Origin: Candidatus Hadarchaeum sp.
GTDB taxonomy: Archaea; Hadarchaeota; Hadarchaeia; Hadarchaeales; Hadarchaeaceae
DNA: 64,000 nt
NCBI RefSeq assembly: GCF_038871235.1
Contig: NZ_JAVZIN010000004.1
Coordinates: forward strand, 1-64,000
Direction of reading: 5' to 3'
Shown here: in pieces, positions 60,988 to 64,000 of the stretch
Position numbering within the stretch: position 1 is the stretch's first letter
How the letters are laid out: every line of letters begins with the position of its first letter
Made by a program: the position numbers and the translations under genes
The notes under the pieces: generated by a model
Databases searched by the model: none
What the model saw: the letters and a program-made list of their open reading frames with translations, nothing else
What the model was told of the DNA's origin: nothing

Positions 60988-62037
60988 TCAGAGCTTGAAC
61001 CTCAGGAATGCGGCAATTCCGCCCAGCGCCGTGAGCTGTTTTCCAGCATCGTGTTCCGTACTTATCACAATAACTTCGGACCTTGTTTTTCTGGCATTTT
61101 CAAGGATTTTTGAGATATCTTCTCGGTTTGATCTTAACAACTCGTCGGCAACTAGAAGCCTTTCGACCGCTCCGGCAGCGACCGCTCGCTCCACCTCATT
61201 CTTACCATAGGTTGCCAGTCCTTCCTTGGTAATCTCACCCATTAATCGGTCCATCAGCGAAGTCTCAAGTGAAAGCCGGTCTTCTTTTGATACAAGCTCG
61301 ACTAATCCTCGTCGTACTATTTCATAGAGTCCGGCGCTCCCGCCAGAGCTGGCGTCTCCAAGCCTAATGGTCTTAGATAGGTCGGGAAAGTTATCCCGCA
61401 AAAAAGATGTAAAATTATCCTTTGTGAATCCGGGCCCGGCCACTATTGTCGTTTTTATGTTTTCCTTGGAAGTAACGTCTTTAATGGCATCCGCTAAACG
61501 GTGGAAAAATTTTTTCTCATCGGCCTCGTACTCAACTAAGTATCTTTTCCCTGAGCGAGGACGCGATATAGTCCCGATTTCATCTAATCCGTACTGTCTC
61601 ACCACTGCTAGATCAGCAGTTGAGTCATCAAGAGCAACGAGCAAAACTCGAGGCCGGTTGCTAGCTCGAACCGCTTCCTGAATTCTTCGGAGGTCCTCAG
61701 GATTCCATTCCTTGGTGATGGTTAGAACCGAACCCGGTTCAAAACTGAAGGAATGGTGTTTTCCAACGTCAGGACCTTCCAGTATCTTCCCCAAAACGCG
61801 CAGGCGGTTGCTGTGCTTGTGAAATTCGATGTTCTCCGCTTGAATCGAGATGGTGATCGGTCTTTTTTCCATCCTTTCAGGACGGATTTTATCACTCATC
61901 TCTTGTTCTCTTCGCCAAGTGACGGCTGTGATAATATCACTTGGGCAGATTAAATGTTGCAGGTGCCATAGGTCGTCCAAAGTTTCCAATGCTAGCTTGA
62001 TTTTCCCGTGCTTCAAGTCCTTGTGGATGATTTTCAA
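60988..62037 (-). CDS. pelA: Pelota (aDom34) mRNA surveillance protein
   Basis: LDDLWHL, RLRVLG, AGPGFTK, GAVERLLVAD, LGGIAAFLRF. Confidence 0.94.
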   Translation of the reverse strand: MKIIHKDLKHGKIKLALETLDDLWHLQHLICPSDIITAVTWRREQEMSDKIRPERMEKRPITISIQAENIEFHKHSNRLRVLGKILEGPDVGKHHSFSFEPGSVLTITKEWNPEDLRRIQEAVRASNRPRVLLVALDDSTADLAVVRQYGLDEIGTISRPRSGKRYLVEYEADEKKFFHRLADAIKDVTSKENIKTTIVAGPGFTKDNFTSFLRDNFPDLSKTIRLGDASSGGSAGLYEIVRRGLVELVSKEDRLSLETSLMDRLMGEITKEGLATYGKNEVERAVAAGAVERLLVADELLRSNREDISKILENARKTRSEVIVISTEHDAGKQLTALGGIAAFLRFKL

Positions 62038-62109
62038 ATTTATCCCTCAGTATTTACCCGTTCCGCAAATGATTTTATGTCGGGTGGTTTAAACTTGGTG
62101 AGGGATGTT

Positions 62110-62565
62110 ATGGTCACCCAGCGATTAATAAATATCAGAGAGCTTAGGGCGGAGGACCTTAAAGCGATCATGTCAATTCAGTATAAGTGCTTTAAGGATC
62201 CCTACCCGGTTAGCCTTATAAAACGATTACACCTGATGCACCCTGATGGTTTTTTGGTAGTTGATCTAGGTGGAATTGTCGCTGGCTATTTAATTGGAGT
62301 CATCCGCTGGAGCAATATAGGCCACATCCTTGCCATAGCCGTCGATCCAGCCTTTCAAAGGCAAAGTTTAGGTACCTTGCTGATGAACAACATTATCGAG
62401 CGTTTCAGGAAAAAAGGTGTTAAATTAGTTCGGCTTGAGGTGAGGAAAAGCAACGTTGGGGCGCAGCAATTCTACAAAAAACTGGGTTTTTTGGAAAGAG
62501 GGGAAATGCCGTTTTACTATGAGGACGGCGAGTCGGCTATTGCGATGGAGCTATCCCTTGATTAG
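62110..62565 (+). CDS. rimI: RimI/Ard1-type GNAT N-acetyltransferase
   Basis: HILAIAV, LEVRKSN, FYKKLGF, YYEDGE; start uncertain. Confidence 0.88.
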   Translation: MVTQRLINIRELRAEDLKAIMSIQYKCFKDPYPVSLIKRLHLMHPDGFLVVDLGGIVAGYLIGVIRWSNIGHILAIAVDPAFQRQSLGTLLMNNIIERFRKKGVKLVRLEVRKSNVGAQQFYKKLGFLERGEMPFYYEDGESAIAMELSLD

Positions 62566-63798
62566 TTATCTTTGATGTTTGATCCTGCGAAGGTCATCCA
62601 ATGTCAGCACCCGCAGGTTTGGGGGCACTGACTCCACTCTTGATCTCATTCCGACTAAGTACTGAACTCCTCTCCCTGCAGCAAGTTCGGCGAGTTCTTG
62701 CGTTATTACGCCGTCGAACACGACCGCTTTTACATTTTGTGCTTGCGAAAGATGCTCCTTCAGCTCCCTCACTTGGATTTCTTCCATTAACTCCAGTTTT
62801 TCATTGAGCAGTTGGGCCTTGAGAGTACCGCGCAACTTGTTGGCCATATTTTCAAGCTCTTGTAATTCACCGTTACCTGTTTCAGCTGGTTGGACCGGCG
62901 CTGGTTTTGCCCTGTATTCCGCAGCTGCGATTTCTACTGGAACTTTGTTTCTAAGCGCTTTGATTATTTCTTTTTTAGATAACTCTTCCACGCTTCTACC
63001 AGGAGGAGGTCGAGCCACGAAATCTATCTCCGCCACTTGGAGCAGTTCCTTCAAGATCAGGTCGCCGCCCCGGTCGCTGTCAACAAATGCAGTGACTGTT
63101 TTGTCCTTGGTTAAATCTATCACTGCCTTAGGTACGCTGGTGCCCTCTATACCGATGGCGTTTTTTATGCCCGCCCTCAGCAGGTTGAGAACGTCGGCAC
63201 GCCCCTCGACGATTATAATGGCATCAGAGTCCTTAACACCCGGTCCCGCGGGGAGTCCCTCATATTCAGATATCTCTTCAACACGTACGGATTCCATTAC
63301 TTTTTCCGTTATCTCTTGAGTTTCAGTAGCAGCTTCCTCAAAAGCCCCGAGAAGCTCTTTGGCTCTCTCCACCACAAACTTCCTCTTAATGTCCCTGACG
63401 TCCTCGATGCGTTCCACTTTTATGGTTGCTTCACAAGGGCCGACACGATCAATAGTTTCTAGGGAGGCGGCAATTATTGCCGTTTCAACTCTGTCAAGGC
63501 TTGAAGGGATCGTGATCGTGCCGGTCGACTTTCCTTGGCTTGAGTTGATCTCTACTTTGATCCTCCCGATTCTACCACTCTTTAACAGCTCCCTTAGATC
63601 AAGGTCGCTTCCGAGCAGACCCTCCGTCTGTCCAAATATTGCACCCACGACATCTGGGCGCTCGACCACGCCGCTAGCCTCTATTTTGGCGTGGATAAGA
63701 TACTTGGTCGTACCACTATCTTCACGCATATTTGAAACCTCCTTTTTGCCGAGCTTTTCGGCCACTAAATCCTGCAAACTTTTTTCTTCCACGGGCAA
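62566..63798 (-). CDS. dnaG: Archaeal DnaG (TOPRIM; exosome-associated)
   Basis: [42 protein letters not shown]. Confidence 0.95.
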   Translation of the reverse strand: MPVEEKSLQDLVAEKLGKKEVSNMREDSGTTKYLIHAKIEASGVVERPDVVGAIFGQTEGLLGSDLDLRELLKSGRIGRIKVEINSSQGKSTGTITIPSSLDRVETAIIAASLETIDRVGPCEATIKVERIEDVRDIKRKFVVERAKELLGAFEEAATETQEITEKVMESVRVEEISEYEGLPAGPGVKDSDAIIIVEGRADVLNLLRAGIKNAIGIEGTSVPKAVIDLTKDKTVTAFVDSDRGGDLILKELLQVAEIDFVARPPPGRSVEELSKKEIIKALRNKVPVEIAAAEYRAKPAPVQPAETGNGELQELENMANKLRGTLKAQLLNEKLELMEEIQVRELKEHLSQAQNVKAVVFDGVITQELAELAAGRGVQYLVGMRSRVESVPPNLRVLTLDDLRRIKHQR

Positions 63799-63921
63799 CA
63801 GCCCTCAATGGGCCAGAATTAGCTTGATCGTGATTCTGGCTTGATTTAATGATAATAAAAATAATACTGCTTATCTTAAAAAGCTGACGCTTGAGATACA
63901 GATGGTTGCTTCGGCCGGCCC

Positions 63922-64000
63922 TCAAAGCCCAGTTACGCCTTGAATATAAACTATTCCAAGAATTGCCAGTAGCATTATTACACTTGCCAGAAAAACACCG
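63922..64000 (-). CDS. 3' end of a probable membrane protein, partial
   Basis: Minus frame GVFLASVIMLLAILGIVYIQGVTGL* runs off the window edge. Confidence 0.35.
   Translation of the reverse strand, partial: GVFLASVIMLLAILGIVYIQGVTGL

Noticed and set aside
63812-63840. GCCAGAAT/ATTCTGGC hairpin upstream of dnaG
   Set aside because: A single 8-bp stem with no further evidence of function.
5347-63844. Long antisense ORFs (e.g. 5347-6015, 14193-14876, 42947-43663, 52265-53044)
   Set aside because: Shadow frames of well-supported genes with no protein motifs.
1-64000. CRISPR arrays, IS elements, proviral genes, rRNA
   Set aside because: No spaced repeats, transposase/integrase motifs or rRNA-like segments seen; the window is almost fully tiled by housekeeping genes.

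Overview
Core-genome window of an archaeon. It encodes PolD, archaeal DnaG, TFB and two Orc1/Cdc6 proteins, and its operon order is euryarchaeal-like; a Hadarchaeota-type lineage is my guess, not shown by the sequence. 1-13.8 kb is a metabolic block: split BMP-type nucleoside ABC transporter, tungsten AOR, Zn-ADH, RACo corrinoid activator, pyrB-pyrC and glyA. 13.8-24 kb holds an AT-rich candidate origin followed by a co-directional mcm-gins23-cdc6-DP1-HAD-DP2-tRNA replication cluster. The rest contains the eno-rps2-isoprenoid-gltX and rpl7ae...spt4 operons, pheST, a second cdc6, cysK, a Hef-like helicase, pelota and dnaG. I saw no CRISPR array, transposase, integrase or intein. The most notable observations are: (1) a stand-alone gene copying the MCM C-terminal winged helix; (2) a stand-alone Rrp4/Csl4 N-terminal-domain gene; (3) three tRNA genes with five BHB introns, three at non-canonical positions, including tRNA-Pro(CGG) whose whole anticodon sits on a 4-nt micro-exon; (4) a membrane H+-PPase at the operon slot of the soluble PPase; (5) mvk missing from the isoprenoid operon; (6) a box C/D element upstream of rpl7ae. 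All protein calls come from motif recognition by eye, not database searches.
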